This document shows, one piece after another, positions 26,004-40,713 of a DNA stretch of 64,000 bases. Within the stretch, counting starts at the first letter, position 1; every line of letters begins with the position of its first letter. The stretch is taken from NCBI RefSeq assembly GCF_009914755.1, contig NC_060928.1. One strand, 5' to 3'. The notes beneath the pieces are model-generated. The model did not search any database. It saw only the letters and a list, made by a program, of their open reading frames with translations, and had not been told where the DNA came from. Made by a program: the position numbers and the translations under genes. Source of the stretch: the human T2T-CHM13v2.0 reference genome, Homo sapiens.

Positions 26004-29000
26004 CGTATTTGGGTTTCTCAGGTAATGAGCAGGGCCATAGAGCTTCCAAGAGATTATGTCTTTTGTTTTCTGCTACCAGGGTAGGTAGAGAAAGACCATC
26101 AAGTGGGGGCAGGGGTAGGCATGTCTGAGTTCTGGCTCACCTTGCTGTGGCTCTCAGTGGGGGATAGGGGTGTGGTTCTCAGGCCAATGGAGTTATGTTC
26201 CCAGGGGGATTATGTCTGCCTCTGCTGCAACATACAGGTCACCAGGAAAGTTGGGGAAAACCAGCAGTGACAGGCCTTACCCGGCTCCCATGCAGCCAGC
26301 TAGGCTGGCCTCACCCCTACCATGCCCCATCAACAGCACTGAGTTTATATTCAGGCAGCTGGTGAGTAGGGCTGAGATCTTGCCCCAGGCTATAAGCCTC
26401 CCCACTGAAGAAGCAAGCAGGGCTTTCAGGACTCAGTTTCAACCCTCCCCACCTGCCTCAGCTTCTGTGCTTATATCTGCACTTTCCGTTCACTCCCTCT
26501 ACTCCCAGGAAAATTCACGTTCGATGGAAATTATTACAGAGTTCGGCTGGGAGTTTCCTTCTCCCTGTGGTCCTTCTCCAATTCCACTGGCAGCCCTCCC
26601 CAAGGACTCCTGAGGGATAAACTCAGAAATGGCCACCCGGGTTTCCCTGGCGACCAGGAGTACCTACAGGGTTCTTCCCATCTTCTACTTTTATATTTTG
26701 CTTGGTTCTCTAAATTCATTTCAGCTATAGGTAAGGTTAAATCATTCTCCTGTGATCTGGATTTTAGGGTTCCCCAGTGAAGATGTGTGTTCGGAGGTAG
26801 ACTTTCCGCCTCTCACACTTTGGGCACTCACAATTTTTTGGCTGTCTCACTGAGTTTGCAGCACCAAGCTGCTTCTTTCAAAGGATCTGTGAATTATTTC
26901 GGTTTTTGCAGTCTGTTCCTGTGGTAGTTCTTGGAGCAAAAGTTCACAATATGAGTCTCCACATGCTGTTCTGTCCATCCAAATGAAACCTGCAAGTTAG
27001 TTCTGCCTCTTATCCACCATTTAAAAATATTTTTTGACTTTTTAGTATTAGTCATTCTAACTTGTATGAGATATTGTGGTTTTGATATGTATCTCTCTAA
27101 TGATTAGTGATGAAGAGCATTTTTTCATGTTTTTTGGCTACTTATATCTTTTGAGAAGTGTCTGTTCATGTCCTTGGCCCACTTTTTAATGGGGTTGTTT
27201 CTTTTTTGCTTGTTGTTTAAGTTTCTTATAGATTCTGGATATTAATACTCTGTCAGATGCACAGTTTGCAGATATTTTCTCCCATTCTGTAGGTTGTGTG
27301 TTTACTCTGTTAATCATTTCTTTTGCTGTGTAGAAGCTCTTCAGTTTAATTAAGTCCCATTTGTCTATTTTTTATTTTATTGCATTTGCTTTTGGGGTCT
27401 TCATCATAAATTCTTTGCCTAGGTCAATATCTAGAAAAGGATTTCCTAGGTTTTCTTTTAGGATTTTTATAGTTTGAGGTCTTGCATTTAAGTCTTCAAT
27501 CCATCTTGAGTTAATTTTAATATATGGTGAGAGGTAGGGGTCCAGTTTCATTCTTCTGCATATGGTTAGCTAGTTTCCCCAGCATAATTTATTGAATAGA
27601 GTATCCTTTCACCATTATTAATTTTTGTTGACTTTGTTGAAGATCAGTTGGTTGTAGGTGTGTGGTTTTATTTTGGGGGTCTCTATTCTGTTTCATTGGT
27701 CTACATGTCTATTTTAGTACCAGCACTATGCTGTTTTGGTTACTATAGCCTTGTAGTATAACTTGAAGTCAAGTAGTGCGACGCCTCCAGCTTTATTCTT
27801 TTTACTTAAGATTGCCTTGCCAACTCAGGCTCTTTTTAGGTTCCATATGAATTTTAGAATAGTTTTTTTCTAATTCTGTGGGAAATGATATTGGTAATTT
27901 AATAGGAATAGCATTGAATCTGTAGATTGCTTTGAGCAGTATGGACATTTTTAATGATATTGATTAATGAGCATAGAATGATTTTGTATCTGTTTGTGTC
28001 ATCTATAATTTCTTTCAACAGTGTTTCACAGTTCTCTTCATAGAGATATTTCACCTCCTTTGTTAGATGTATTCCTAGAGATGTTTTTGTGTGCGCCTAT
28101 TGCAAATGGGATTACATTCTTGATTTGGCTCTCAGCTTGAACATTATTGGTGTATAGAAATGTGATTTTTGTACATTGATTTTGTATCCTGAGACTTCCC
28201 TGAAGTCATTTATCATTTCTAGGAATCCTATGGTGGAGTCTTTAGGATTTTCTAGGTATAGAATCATATTGTCAGTGAAGAAAGATTATTTGACTTCCTC
28301 TTTTCCTATTTGAATGCGTTTTATTTCTTTTTCTTGCCTGATTTCTCTGGCTAGGACTTCCAGTACTATGTTGAATAGAAGTAGTGAGAGTGGACTTGTC
28401 TGGTTCCAGTTCTTAGGGAAAAAAAAGCTTCCAGCTTTTGCCCATTCGATATGATGTTGGCTGTGGGTTTGTCATAAATGGCTCTTATCATTTGAGCTAT
28501 GTTCCTTTGGTGCCTAGTTTGTTGAGAGTTTTTATCATGAAGGAATGTTGAATTTTATTGAAGGCTTTTTCTGTGTCTAATGAGATGTTTATATGGTTTT
28601 TGTTTTCAATTCTGTTTATGTGGCAAACCACATTTATTAATTTGTATATGTTGAACTCTCCTTGCATTCCAGGAATAAAGCCCATTTGATTGTCGTGAAT
28701 TAACTTCTTGATGTGCTGCTGGGTTCAGTTTGCTAGTATTTTGTTGAGGATTTTTGCATCTCTGTTCTTCAGGGATATTAGCCTGTAGTTTTCTTTTTTG
28801 TTGTGTCTTTGCCAGATTTTAGTATCAGGATGTACTGGTTTCATAGAATGAGTTAGGGAAGAATCCCTCCTCCTTGATTTTTTGGAATAGTTTCTTCAGG
28901 TTTGGTACCAGTTCTTCTTTGAACATGTGGTAGAATTAGGCTGTGAATCCATACAGTCCAGGGCTTTTTATTGATTGGTAGGTTTTTTATTACTGATTCA

Positions 29001-31452
29001 ATTTCATTACTTGTTGGTGTGTTCAGAATTTCTTTTTCTTCCTGGTTCAACTTTGGGTGTTTGTATGTTTCCAGGAATTTATCCGTTTCCTCTAAATTTT
29101 CTAGTTTGTGTGCATAGAGATGTTCATAGTCATCCCTGAGGATCTTTTGTATTTCTGTGGGATTGGTTGTGATATCACCTTTGTTGTTTCTCATTGTGCT
29201 TATTTAGATTGTCTCTCTTTTTCTCTTTGTTAATGTAGCTAACAGTCTATGAATCTTGCTGATTCTTTCAAAGAACCAGCTTTTTAAATCTTGATTCTTT
29301 GTATGTTTTCTTGGTCTCAATTTCATTTAGTTCTGCTCTGATTTTAGTTATTTCTTTTTAGTGCTAGCTTTGGGTTTAGTTTGTTCTTGCTTTTCTAATT
29401 CCTTCAGGTGTGAGGTTAGGTTGTTAATTTGCAATCTTTCTATATTCTTGATGTAGTCATTTAGCGCTATACACTTTCCTCTTAACACTGCTTTTGCCAC
29501 ATCCAGGGGTTTTGGTATGTTGTGTCTCTATTTTCATTTCTTTCAAAACATTTTTAAAATTTCTGCCGTTAGTTTTTACCCCCAAATAATTCGAGAGCAT
29601 GTTTTTTAGTTTCCGTATGTTCATGTACCTTTGAGAGTTCCTCTTGGTATTGATTTCTACTTTCATTCCACTATGGTCCAAGAAGATCATTGGTATGATT
29701 ACAATTTTAAAAAATTTGTTGAGACTTGATTTATGAATGAGCAGCTGGTCAATATTAGAGTATGTTCTGTGTGCAGATGAGAAGAATGTATATTCTGTGG
29801 TTGTTGGGTAGAATATTCTGTGGAGTGTTCTGTCTATTAGGTCTGATTGTTCCAGTTTATATTTAAGTCCAAAATTTCTTTTTTAGTTTTCTAGCTCAAT
29901 AATCTGTCTATTGCTGCTGGTGGAGTGTTGAAGTCCCCCCACTATTATTGTGTGGCTGTCAAAGTCTTTTCTTAGGTCTAGAAGTAATTATTTTATAAAT
30001 CTGGGTACTTTAATGTTGGGTGCATATGTATCTAGGATAGTTAAGTCTTCTTGTTGAATCGAACCCTTTATTATTATGTAATGCCGTCTTTGTCCTTTTT
30101 TACTGTTGTTGGTTTAGGGTCTATTTTATCTGATACAAGAATAGTGATTTCTGCTCTTTTTTGTTTTCCATTTGCATAATAGAAATTTCTCCATCTTTGA
30201 GCTTATGGGTGTCATTACATGTGAGATAGCTCTCTTGAAGACAGTAGAAAGATGGGTCTTATTTTTTAAATCCGATTTTCCATTCTGTGTCTTTTAAGTG
30301 GAGCATATAGGCCATTTATGTTCAAGGTTAATATAGATATGTGAGGTTTTTTTTTCCCTGTCATAGTATTGTTAGCTAGTGCTTTGTAGTCTTGATTGTG
30401 TAGTTGTTTTATGGAATTAATGGGCTATATGTTTGTGTGTGCTTTTGGGGTGGCAAGTATCATTCTTTAATTTCCATGTTTAGAACTCCCTAAGCATCTC
30501 TTGTAGGGCCAGTCTGGTGGTGATGAATTTCCTTAGCAATTGCTTGTCTGGGAAATACTTTATTTTTTTTGTTGTTGTTTATGAAGCTTAGTTTGGCAGG
30601 ATATGAAATTCTATGCTGGCATGTCTTTTCTCTAAGAATACTAAAAATGAGCCCCCAATCTCTTCTGGCTTGTAATGTTTCTGCTGAGAAGTCTGCTGTT
30701 AGTTCTGATGGGTTTCCCTTTATAGGTAATATGAGCCTATATTATCTTTTTCTCTAGCTGCCTTTAAGGTTTTTTTCTTTCATGTTGACCTTGGACAGTC
30801 TGATGACTATCTGCCTTGGGGATGGTCATCTTCTATAATATCTCACAGAAGTTCTCTGGATTTCTTGTATCTGCATGCTAACCTCTCTAGCAAAATTGGG
30901 GAAATTTTCCTGAATTATATCCTCAAATATGTTTTCTAAGTTGCTTACTTTCTCTTCTTCTCTCTCAGGAATGCCAGTACATCATAGATTTGATCACTTT
31001 ACATAATCCCATGGTTATTGAAGGCTTTGTTTATATTTTGATTATTTTTAAACAAAGTTTTGCCTGACTGGGTCAATTCAAAGGACCAGTCTTCAAGCTC
31101 TGAAATTCTTTCTTCACCTTGGTCTGTTATTAATGCTTCTGTGTTTTAAAATTCCTGAAACAACATTTTCAATTCCATAAGGTTCTGCTTGGTTCTTTCA
31201 TAATATAGCTATGGTGTCTTCTAAATTTTGGATTATTTTTCTGTTTTCTTTGTGTTATATTTCAACTTTATCTCAGCATTGAGTTTCTTTGCCATCCATA
31301 TTCTGAATTCTATATCTGTCATTTCAGACATTTCATTCTGGTTGGGACCCATTGCTTGGGAGCTAGTGGGATCCTTTGGAGATGATAAAACACTCCGGCT
31401 GTTTTTATTGTCCGAGTACTTCCACTGATTCCTTCTCATCTGAGAGAGCGGA

Positions 31453-31500
31453 TGCTGCTGCTGCTGCTGCTGCTTCTCCTTCTCCTCCTCCTTCTCCTTC
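31453..31500 (+). repeat. (TGC)7 + (CTC/CTT)n simple repeat inside L1-A
   Basis: tgctgctgctgctgctgctgcttctccttctcctcctccttctccttc. Confidence 0.9.
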
Positions 31501-34500
31501 TTTTTGAATTTGCTATTGTTTGGATGGGGCTCCTTGATTTTTTAATCTTTTTTTTTCCTTTGGTTGTATGGCTGTGGTATTTGTAATATATATATATGTA
31601 ATAGATTGGCTGCATTTCTGGGTGCTTTAAGGGTCCTAGCTCTGCACAGGTTTCTTGGTTGCAGATAGGTTCATGCAGTGGCTTTCTCAGATGGGGCTTG
31701 TTGTAGCAATGCAATTTTCTTTGGTTATGTAATTCAGGCTGCAGTCTAGTAGATGGAGCTTAAGGGTAAGAGCCAGCAGGTAAAGATGGGAGCAGAGGAA
31801 ACAGAGAAGCACAAAAAATACTCACTCCCAGTGCACATTAGCCTTCAGTGGAGGTGGAGCTACTAGAAAAGCCTGAGAAGCAGACTATTTCAGCTCGTGC
31901 TCCCTAGGCCCTGATGGGAATAGGTTGCTGCTGAGTCTGTGACAGTGCAATGAGGAAGGTGGGGTGAGAGAAGATTCCTCTCCACATCTGTTTTTGGGCT
32001 ACAGTGGTGCTGCCTCCAGTGTCTGGTGCTGTGCTTGTGTTTCTTTTGACCCAAGGGGGTCTTGGGTGGGCTGTGCTCTCTCCTCCCTTAGGGGTAGTCT
32101 GTGCTAAGGATTAGATTTCCTCGGGAGTGGGGTCCGTCTCCCTCCTGCTCCTTGTAGCTGGTAGGGCCCTGTCCCCCAACTGACCAAGGGAGCAGGCTGG
32201 GGGACCTAGCAATGACACACTCAGACTGCTTCCAGATCACAAAGCTGTCTCTGCTGCAAGTCTTGCAGCCTGGGAGAAACCTAGACTTCAGCAACTCTCC
32301 TCCCATTCCTGTCCTGCAACAGGAGAAAGTCTAATTCAATGCCTACTGCTGGGGCACTCTCCACACTTGCCACTTAATTCTGGCTGTGCGGGTCCTTCGC
32401 CAGTTCCAGAGCAAGCACTGGAAACTCTGGCCCAAGACTACAATGAATGTTGTAGCCACCACTACCGGGTTGCCAAACGACATCTCTAAACTCCCCAAAT
32501 GGTTCCAGGTGTGGATTTGTGACTGGAGACGGTGGGACTCCTCTCGGGTGAGCAGCATGGGCAGGAAGCTGTGGGGAGTGCAGTCCACTAAATTCTTAGT
32601 CTCACAGCAGCCTATAGCAAGGCATTGGGTATTTTCCTAGATACGTATAGGGGAGCCTGGCTTGCCTGCCCCTCCTTGGCTGGGTGGTGACCACATCCTC
32701 GTCAGCCTGAGTTCAGGTTGAAGGTAGGGTGCAGCCTGGGATTAAACTCTCAAAATGGCCCCAGAACCTGGGACTGGAGAGGGTGGGGCACCATCCAGGC
32801 AGGAAGCATGAGCAAGAAGCTGAGGGGAGTGTGGTCTGCTTGCATCTCAGTCTCAACAGCAGCTCACAGCAGGGTGGCAAGTACCCTCGCGGGGGTGCAT
32901 GGAGGTACCTGCCCTCTGGTCTCCCTCCTTGGAGCAGTGCAGTGGCTGTAGCTATGTCTGTAAATCCCTGGTATCTAGGCTCAAATCAAAATGGCTTCCA
33001 GCTGAGGCTGCTCCAGGCTTGGATGCCTGTAGGATTCTGTGTGGGTTTTCTTTCTGGAGCAACATCTCTGTGCAGTCTTTAGGCAGCTCTGTATGTATGT
33101 CAGGCACAAGGGGCTAGTGGGCAGAGGGTTTCTCTCAGAGCTAAGATCATAAAAGCCTGTTTCGGAGCTCTGGAATTTCTCTTTTACTGTTTCCCCATGT
33201 CCGGGAGCCTCTCCCGGCTGTCAGTCAGTTCCTGGCTTGGCAAGCTGCCTCAGACTTTTTCCTAACTTACTTCTGGCACTTCCTATGTCTTCTCTGATGA
33301 ATTCAAGCATTCTCTACAAATGATATGTTTGAAAGGTAAGTATCTACTTGCTATTTTGGCTTTTATCCATGGAGCAGACATATGCTACCTGTGTCCCCTC
33401 CTCTGAACACTTCAAACACAGCTAAACATCCCTCATCTCAGGCCTTGGTTCTTTCCTGGTGAAAGTGAAGGCTTGGGGCAATTGTGTGTCAATAATGAGA
33501 AATTTGGGTTTGGGATTTTTATCTTGCTGGATTCATATGATGAAAATAACACTATTAAAAAAATACTTGTTGATGCAAAGTACTTTTCCTATACTATCTT
33601 ATTTAAATCATACACTTGAGTACAGAGAGGTCAAGTAGCTTGAATAAGATTGCAGCTAATATGTGATAAAGCCAACCCAGCTCCTCAGACTTGGGACCTG
33701 ACCCTCTTCCCCTTCTACTTGAACATGCTGTTTGTATAGGTTCTCATCACCAGGAACTTTTTGTAAGAAACCCAAATCCCACTTGCTGTAATATGAACCT
33801 ATTTATTTTTGTTCTATCCTCAGTGAATATAAAAAAGAATACTCAATCACCCCCAAATTAGAGGTTTATTCCAAAGTGGTAGGTTTACCTCATATAGTGT
33901 TAGGATAATAAGGCCTTAAGTAGAAAACATTGAAAGAGACTAGCAAGTTTTAAAAGAGGCTTTAATCATGTGATCGCATTTCTCATTTCCAAGCAAAGTG
34001 TGTGCACATGTGAGTGTTTGAGGCTGACGTGATAGCCCTGTGATTGTCCCTTCTTCCACTTCTATCCAACATGCAGAACATTTTCAACCTAAAGTATAAA
34101 ACTGTAGTGAAGGATGTAAAAGTGTAAATCTGGGTGCTCACAAGTATCATCAGCTCCTGGAAGAAATATCGTATATTTTCTATTTCTGTTCTGCTCATGG
34201 ATCACCCACATGTCACCTTTTCTCCACCCTGTCCTCGATGATGTGTGCTTTTTTGGGCTGAGCTCTGAGAATGAGGTGTGTAGATTAAAATTGTACTGGG
34301 ACTCTGGCCTGGCCTAGAAGAAAGTTCAGGAGTGAGTGTCAATGTTGTGGTTGGGACTCAGTCTGGTTGGAGGGGAAATAGTTGACTAATGGAAGGAGGC
34401 AAAGGCAAATCCTGAAACAGGCAGGCTTGGGAAGCAGGGAGGCCCTTAACCCAGAGGCAGGAGAGAAAAGTCTTGATTTAAATGTTCGAAAAACGGACTG

Positions 34501-35049
34501 AAAATAAATCAGTCTCTTTTATTAGTATACGGCCTAAATTTACACTTCTAATGTCACCACCAAAGAATAACCCATTTGTTCTAAAAGGCTGGCGTCTTTA
34601 GTTGGCTTGGTTATCCAGTGAGGGAGATGTCTTTTCTGGGTAGACATCCTTGGTACATTGTGGATAATGCTGTACCTTCCAAGTGGGTTTACATCTTTTT
34701 TTGAGGAGCTCAGATTTTTATTTCACCTTAACTTGGAGCAGGTAGATTATTTAGGACTTCTGCTTCTCTTCGTTTTGGTTTTCTCTTTGGGAATTTTGCA
34801 GCTCCTGGACTGGAAAGGGATTGGGCTTGGTTTTGCCAGGCTTCTCTATGGAGAAAATATGACATGCCTTGATGCTCATTTCTCTGAGCCTGAAACATAT
34901 TTTACATCATAATTGGCTTTGAGGGTTTTAGAAACAGGACATGACCAGCTTTTTTGAAATTAGAATGTTTGTCAGGTCATACCTGATGAAGAAAATATCA
35001 GAAATATGAACACTAAGGTAGAAATTACTTCAGAGTGAATGTTGGTTGA

Positions 35050-35205
35050 TGGAGTCATTCGTTGCATTAAACAGATATTTATTGAATGCCTGATACTGGG
35101 AACTGAGTAATAAGAAAAAATAAGGTGTTTTCTGTTTTCTTAAGAGGCCCACAGGAGCTGAGAAGGCAGCCAATTACCTGTAGAAAGCATGATAAGTACT
35201 ATGGA
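35050..35205 (-). mobile_element. L2 3' fragment
   Basis: tcattcgttgcattaaacagatatttattgaatgcct..gcatgataagtactatgga. Confidence 0.55.
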
Positions 35206-36399
35206 CGTTTTGCTTTGCGTTAGGAATTTCAGTACAATGCTGCAGACAAAGGTCTCTCTAACCAATATTGTCCTCTAAACAGGAGTATTTTTCATGAACA
35301 ATCTCATATGTTAGCCAAGGTTATGTTTGTTCCTGTAGGTTACCCATTTCACAGAGTGTAGTTGTTTTGATCTATGTCAAAAACAACCTATGTGCCCTGT
35401 ATCCCAAAAGACATTAAAATGGCTTGGCCTGTTTTCCCCACACAGGCTTAGAAGCATTACAAATACTGTATATTGTTAAGTTTGAAATGCTAAAGAGAAA
35501 ATTTTCAGTATAGAATTTAATCAGCCAAACTTAATTTCTTCTGGAAGAGCTAAATATATAAGCTATTGTACAGTTTTAGATTTCTGGGAAAAATAAAACC
35601 TTACTTTTTATTAATTAGCATGATAATTTTTTCAAAAGTGACCAGACAATTGTTTTAGGATAGCTCCTATTTAATATAGTTTCCAGAGGGAATATTTGCT
35701 CTGAGATGTGAGAGCTTCCTGTTTCTTACTGGAAGCCCAAATGAGAATTCAAAGTATGTATGTGTGTGGTAGTGATGGTGGGGGCACCCATTACTTTCCA
35801 ATATATCAGTATAACTCCTTATTCTTATTCATTATTATTCACTTGGTTCCTCTTACAATATGAATAGAAGGAGAAAAACATTTATAGATTACTTAAAACA
35901 TTTTATGAGAAGAAAGGGAACAAATTAGCCCATTTGAATCACTAGCTTTGCAGAGGAGAATGGGCAGAAGATATATTTAATCTTTCATCAAAGACTTTAT
36001 TCGAAATTACTAATATACAGTTTCACTCAGAACAGCACTAAATGAGTTATTAGGACATTTAAACAAGATCATCATTGTTTTTATTAGCAGCATTATTCCT
36101 TACTCCTTTTGTTAGAAAAACACCCTGCAGTGTGTGCAAATCTGTTTAATTGCAATGCTTTTACATTTTCTTTCAAATGTAGTTGACTTATTTTATAAAT
36201 ATTTCAAGTACATAATTGCTATTTTGCTTTAATGAAATCACAAATGTATTTAGATAATCTAAGAGGTTAGAATACATTGCTCCTATGTCAGGTTTGTAGA
36301 AGAAGTAAGAATGACTTATTGACTTTATTGACTATGATCCTGAGGGAGAGTCTTTCACCCTATGATCCTCCTTTGTAGTAAACATCTGTGGCATTGCAT

Positions 36400-36605
36400 A
36401 CACCTGGGCTTCAAGCCCAGTTCTTTAACTTACTAGTTGGTGTGATCTTAGGTAAGTTCTTTATCTTCTTTGAGCTTCCAGAATGTTCTGTAGATTTTAT
36501 TGAGTATAGTAATATGAACTTGCCAGACTGATAGGAGGATAAATAGATAATAAAGTACCTAAGAGAGGGCCAGGCAAATAGTAAGTACTCAATCAACGTT
36601 AATTT
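36400..36605 (+). mobile_element. MIR
   Basis: acctgggcttcaagcccagttct..tgtgatcttaggtaagtt..gaggataaatagataat..atagtaagtactcaat. Confidence 0.65.
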
Positions 36606-37920
36606 CTTTCCTTGTCAGCTCCTTTTGATTGATAGAGGAGACTTGCTAAAGAGATTCTTGAGGTTCTGATCCCAGTTGTCAGTAGAGATCCATCTTCTTT
36701 TCTTTATTACTGAAGTTAAGAACTCTAGATTTAATCCAAGACCATTCCTTCTATGTGCTGTGCAAAAAAAAGCATGTCTTTAGTCATATGCATCCTGTCT
36801 TTGTGGTTCAACAGTGGTCACAATAGCAAACGTGAAGATATCGTGCTGATCTGGAATAGAGAAAAGTGGAACAGATGTAGAATTTGGGGCTTGGCTAAGG
36901 CTGCTGGGAAATTTGCATTAGGTGGCCTAGCTGGGAATCCAGAAAAGCAGGTGTTTTTGCAAGGATATGACCTGGGGTGGTGGTGGTGGTAGTGGCATGG
37001 GGTGGTCCAGGAGGCCACAGGGTACAGGGCCTCTGCCCCCCTTTTACTGGGGCAGAGGAAGCTACGTGCATCCACAAAGAATCCATTCCACAGCCAGTGA
37101 TCACTATTTGCTCCTAGAAAATATCTAGGAAATTATCCATGTTCTTATCACTTAACCCTATAACTCTAAGTCCACACAATGCTCATTGACACATTGAAAT
37201 GAAACCAGTTGCTTCAGTTAATGATGTAATCCAGTCACTTCCCATATAGGCACATCTTTCTTAAAGCCTCATGCTGGAGAAGATGGGTTGGCATGATTGT
37301 GTGGCTTTCACGTGATACTGTCCTCTGGGGAGGCATAGGAATAACGTCGCCTCGAATGTATGACCTTGAAAATGTGTGATGTACAATGCATTCCTTGGTA
37401 CTGTTGCCTAGAGAATAACAAGAAAGTACTTAATGTGGTTGTTATTTGTTCCTTGCTACTTCCCTGGGCAAATTTCCATTCCACCTTAGAGGTATGGTGG
37501 AAACAGAGGCAGCAAGGCCAAATCTTGACTGTCCATCAGTCGTTTCTGAGATTTGGAGCAACCAAAGGCTGACCTGGGCATTTCTGCTCATTCCAGGATG
37601 GGCTTAGAGATTCACCAGGCCTTCCTGAGAATGGAAGTCTTTTCTGTACTTCTCACAGAGCCCAGAGTGGCATCTATACCACAAAATAGTTGCTCACTAT
37701 GGATCAACTTATTGGATGAATAAAAGTTTTTCTGAGATAAGCCCTTTTTATATTTGCCACTTATACTTGTGGACAGTTGTGCCTTGCATTGTTATCATCA
37801 TCAATATCATTGTAATTGTCATTAACAGGAAACACCTGTAAGGCAATATCCAAGGTGTTATGCAAAAAAGAATGAGAGACACAATCAAAATAGAACTTTT
37901 GAGGGCAATGACCAAGTCTT

Positions 37921-39389
37921 TTTTTGTTAACTTTTATTTTAAGTTCAGGGGTACATGTGCAAGATGTGCAGGTTTGTTACATAGGTAAACGTGTGTCATG
38001 GGGCTTTGTTATTTCATTACTCAGGTATTAAGCTTAGTATTGGTTAGTTTTTTTCCTGACTGTCACCCTCCACTCTCCAATAGGCCCCAGTGTGTGTTGT
38101 TCCTGTCTATGTGTCCATGTATTCTCATCATTTAGCTCCCACTTATAACTGAGAACATGTGGTATTTGGTTTTCTGTTCTTGTGTTAGTTTGCTAAAGAT
38201 AATAGCCTCCAGCCCCATCCATGTCCCTGCAAAGGATGTGATCTTGTTCTTTTCTGTGGCTGCATAGTATTCTATGGTGTATATATACCACATTTTCTTT
38301 ATCCAGTCTATCATTGATGGGCATTTGGATTGATTCCATATCTTCGCTATTGTGAATAGTGCTACAATAAACATACACATGCATGTGTCTTTATAATAGA
38401 ACGATTTATATTCCTTTGTGTATATACCTAGTAATGGGGTTGCTGGGCTGAATGGTATTTCTCTTTAGGTGTTTGAGGAATCACCACACTGTCTTCCACA
38501 ATGGTTGAACTAATTTACACTCTCACCAACAGGGTATATGCATCCCTTTTTCTCCACAATCTCGCCAGCATCTGTTACTTTTTAACTTTTTACTAATAGC
38601 CATTCTGACTGGTGTGAGATAGTGTCTCACTGTGGTTTTGATTTGCATTTTTCTTTTCTTTTTTTTTTTTTTTTCAGACAGAGTCTCATTCTGTCGCCCA
38701 GGCTGGAGTGCAGTGGCACAATCTTGGCTCACTAAAACCTCCGCCTCCCGGGTTTAAGCAGTTCTCTGCCTCAGCCTCCTGAGTAACTGGGATTACAGTC
38801 GTGTGCTACCATGCCTAGCTAATTTTTGTAGTTTTAGTAGAGACGGGGTTTCGCCATGTTGACCAGGCTGGTCTCAAACTCCTGACCTCGTGATCCACCC
38901 ATCTCAGCCTCTCAAAGTGCTGGGATTACAGACGTGAGCCACCGCATCCAGCCCTTGATTTGCATTTTTCTAATGATCAGTGATGTTGAGCTTTATTTAT
39001 CACATGTATGTCTTCTTTTGAGAAGTGCCAGTTCATGTTCTTTGCCCCCTTTTTAATGGGGTTGTTTGCTTTTTGCTTGTAAATTTAAGTTCCTTATAGA
39101 TACTGGATAATACAACTTTGTCAGATGGATACTTTGCAAAATTTTTCATCAATTCTGTAGGTTGTCTGTTTACTCTGTTGATAGTTTCTTTTGCTGTGCA
39201 GAAGCTCTTTAGTATAATTAGATTCCATTTGTCAATTTTTGCTTTTGTTGCAATTGCTTTTGGCATCTTCATCATGAAATCTGCCTGTGCCTATGTCCTG
39301 AATGGTATACCTAGGTTGTCTTTCAGAGTTTTTATAATTTTGGGTTTTACACTGAAGTTTTTAATCCATCTTGAGTTAATTTTGGTATA
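37921..39389 (-). mobile_element. 5'-truncated L1PA (L1PA10-12-like), ~1.15 kb excluding Alu
   Basis: ggggtacatgtgcaagatgtgcaggtttgttacataggtaaacgtgtg; ORF2 C-terminal relics; TSD gaccaagtctt (37910-37920) / gaccaaatctt (39390-39400). Confidence 0.93.
38655..38953 (-). mobile_element. AluS (Sg-like) inside the truncated L1
   Basis: ctcctgacctcgtgatcc with ccaggctggtctcaaac; TSD ttgatttgcatttttct at 38638-38654 / 38955-38971. Confidence 0.95.
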
Positions 39390-40429
39390 GACCAAATCTT
39401 AAACGACTTTTTATTTCTAGAGCTTAGCCCAGTGCTTGTTGCATAGTACTGGCACAGTAAGTTGTTGAATGATGACACCTGAAAAAGTGAATGTGTATGA
39501 TAAGAACAGATCAATAAAAGAGCTGCAATAGCTGAAGAGCTATATCTTACACCCCATTTTCCCTTTTATTTAATCAAACCACCTCCCCAGCACTTCCCAC
39601 CCCACATCTGAAATAACTCTCTTTTTCTTTCATTTGAGAAAGGAGTGTATATTCTATCCCAGTGCTGTTACTTGGATCTATTAAGGGAAGCACAGGCTAT
39701 AGTGCTGCTGTAATGCTAGGATTTTGGCTGCCTTGAAATTTAAGAGAAGAATTCTTTCTAATACTAGAAATAGATCAATATTGAGCTCCTGCTTTTTCTC
39801 TGTGCCCAGAACACCTACTGAAATCAGGAGGACCTGGCAGTGTGTGGGAACAGTGGAATGGGGGCCTTTGTCTGTTAATTTGATTTTCATTCTTTCATTT
39901 CACTCCAAAGGTGATTCTGAAAAATAAATGCATTTATAAGGCTATTAATAACCATATTTTCCTCTTGATCATTATGATTAAGTTGTTGGTACTGCCAGGT
40001 GCCTGCTGCTCCCATCACAAAGCCCTGAACAATTTTGCTTCATCATTTGACTACACTGAGTTACTCTATGTTGGAGGAGTTGCTGCTGATTTTTTCCTTC
40101 TCCTGTCAGTTGATTTAAATTCACACTGGAAACAGAGAATCAAGTTTAAAATAATATTCTAAATCATAAAAGTCATTCTTTGGTTAAGGAACAATAAGTC
40201 AGCTTTCCTTTTATTAGACTATTCCCAAGAAGGGTTTCATGGTCAAAATGTCACAGCTGGGTTTTTTTCCACATTTTTTCTTCTTCCATCCTGAGTGTCT
40301 CATGATCCAGTTGTTCGTTGAAGCCTGCAATCCCTGAATAAATATTCTCCTCATTGTATTTACTGCAAAAATGTTCCACAGATCTCCATGAGTTAACTCC
40401 CCAGACCCCAATATTCCAGTTCATGCTTT

Positions 40430-40645
40430 GCAGTGTCATGGAGCAGATCAGAGTACACACCCTGCAGAAAGATGCCCAGTTTTGAGCCCCAGCTCTGCCC
40501 ATCTACTTGCTGTGAGATTACCAGCCTCACCAAACCTTTGTTTCTTCTTATGAAAATTAGAATCATAATAGTATCTACCTCCTCAGTTGGTGATGAAGAG
40601 TAAAACTTTCCTGGAATACTGACAGTGCTCAATAGATGGTAGTTT
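40430..40645 (+). mobile_element. MIR
   Basis: cccagttttgagccccagctctgcc..acttgctgtg..aatcataatagtatctacctc..agtgctcaatagatggtag. Confidence 0.7.
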
Positions 40646-40713
40646 TATTATTGTGAGAATGAGAAAAGCAGTTCCCAACATCCAGCAGCTGGACAGACAG
40701 CAAGAGTTCTTGG

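Larger units (their letters stand above)
37890..39475 (+). mobile_element. L2 3' end split by an L1 insertion (pieces 37890-37920 and 39390-39475)
   Basis: gaacttttgagggcaatgaccaagtctt resumes as gaccaaatcttaaac..tttctagagcttagcccagtgcttgttgcatagta..ttgttgaatga. Confidence 0.65.

Noticed and set aside
31436-31714. ORF with poly-Arg/poly-Ser tract
   Set aside because: Translation artefact of the simple repeat inside L1-A.
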